DNA of 61,412 nucleotides, filler included, from Perkinsus olseni (Eukaryota): NCBI GenBank assembly GCA_013115125.1. It is 9 parts of 9 records of this genome, joined end to end, with 100 filler letters (N's around TTAATTAATTAA, not from the genome) between each part and the next. Parts side by side here need not be neighbours in the genome. Positions count along the whole stretch, not along the records: positions 54,726 to 61,412 come from JABANN010001074.1; 8 more parts are not named here. One strand, 5' to 3'. Shown piece by piece: positions 61,044 to 61,412 of this stretch (position 1 is its first letter; each line of letters starts with the position of its first letter). The notes under the pieces were generated by a model. It saw only the letters and a program-made list of their open reading frames with translations, ran no database searches and was not told where the DNA came from. The position numbers and the translations under genes were made by a program.

Positions 61044-61412
61044 AGCACGGTCCGACGCGTGCTAGTGCGATAGCTGCTCTTGTTTCTTGAACACTCATTC
61101 CTGTCGGGTCGACAGTACGGGCCTTGCTATGGGTCCGTCCCGGACTAGCCCAGGCCCGGCGAGAGTCACCTCTTCCCGCTCTGGCCTCAGCCGTTCGCCC
61201 CACTAGGGGTTGGCAACCCGGAACCCGCGGCTCGGATCCTCTCAACGCGTTGTCCTAGTAGCTCCGACTGGGCCGTCACTGGGTTTCGCTGTCCCTCGTG
61301 ACAGGGCAGTGTAATCGGGCCCACAGAGTTACGGGAGGGTGTAACCAACGCAGAGTAGGACGTCCGAGGAAATATATTATAGGAACGTATGGAATGTATA
61401 TGTGAATGGGCA

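Noticed and set aside
56004-61207. CCTAGTGGG / CCCACTAGG as inverted termini of the C9 element
   Set aside because: Only 9 bp with no extension, compatible with chance.

Overview
This is not one locus. It is nine unrelated eukaryotic contigs of 6.7-6.8 kb, sorted by decreasing length and joined by artificial 100-bp linkers (N44-TTAATTAATTAA-N44). Contigs: C1 1-6823, C2 6924-13738, C3 13839-20581, C4 20682-27398, C5 27499-34214, C6 34315-41027, C7 41128-47826, C8 47927-54625, C9 54726-61412. Short (~40-80 nt) GT-AG introns, triplet microsatellites and gene content suggest a Perkinsus-like alveolate protist (inference only). Host genes: a CCCH zinc-finger protein, USP39/Sad1, two tandem secreted berberine-bridge-like FAD oxidases with a repeated 6-Cys module, CDC6, an exostosin/GT47, an enoyl-CoA isomerase, a divergent dynein heavy chain, a Gly-rich protein and two tRNA-Leu(TAG). 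Mobile DNA: two tyrosine-recombinase (DIRS/Ngaro-type) retrotransposons, a decayed RT, hAT transposase fragments and a PIF1-like helicase tail fused to a GIY-YIG nuclease. The main signal is a stereotyped 22-nt scar: for an 8-mer ABCDEFGH, it reads ABCDEFG + reverse complement of ABCDEFGH + BCDEFGH, a net +14 nt. I found 14 exact copies on four contigs. This is the product expected from hairpin-type (hAT-like) excision with an 8-bp target duplication. Two scars are the exact cause of frameshifts in the C9 retrotransposon pol. Removing them gives a single RT-RNaseH-YR reading frame. Protein family calls come from motif recognition by eye, and spliced-gene boundaries are approximate.
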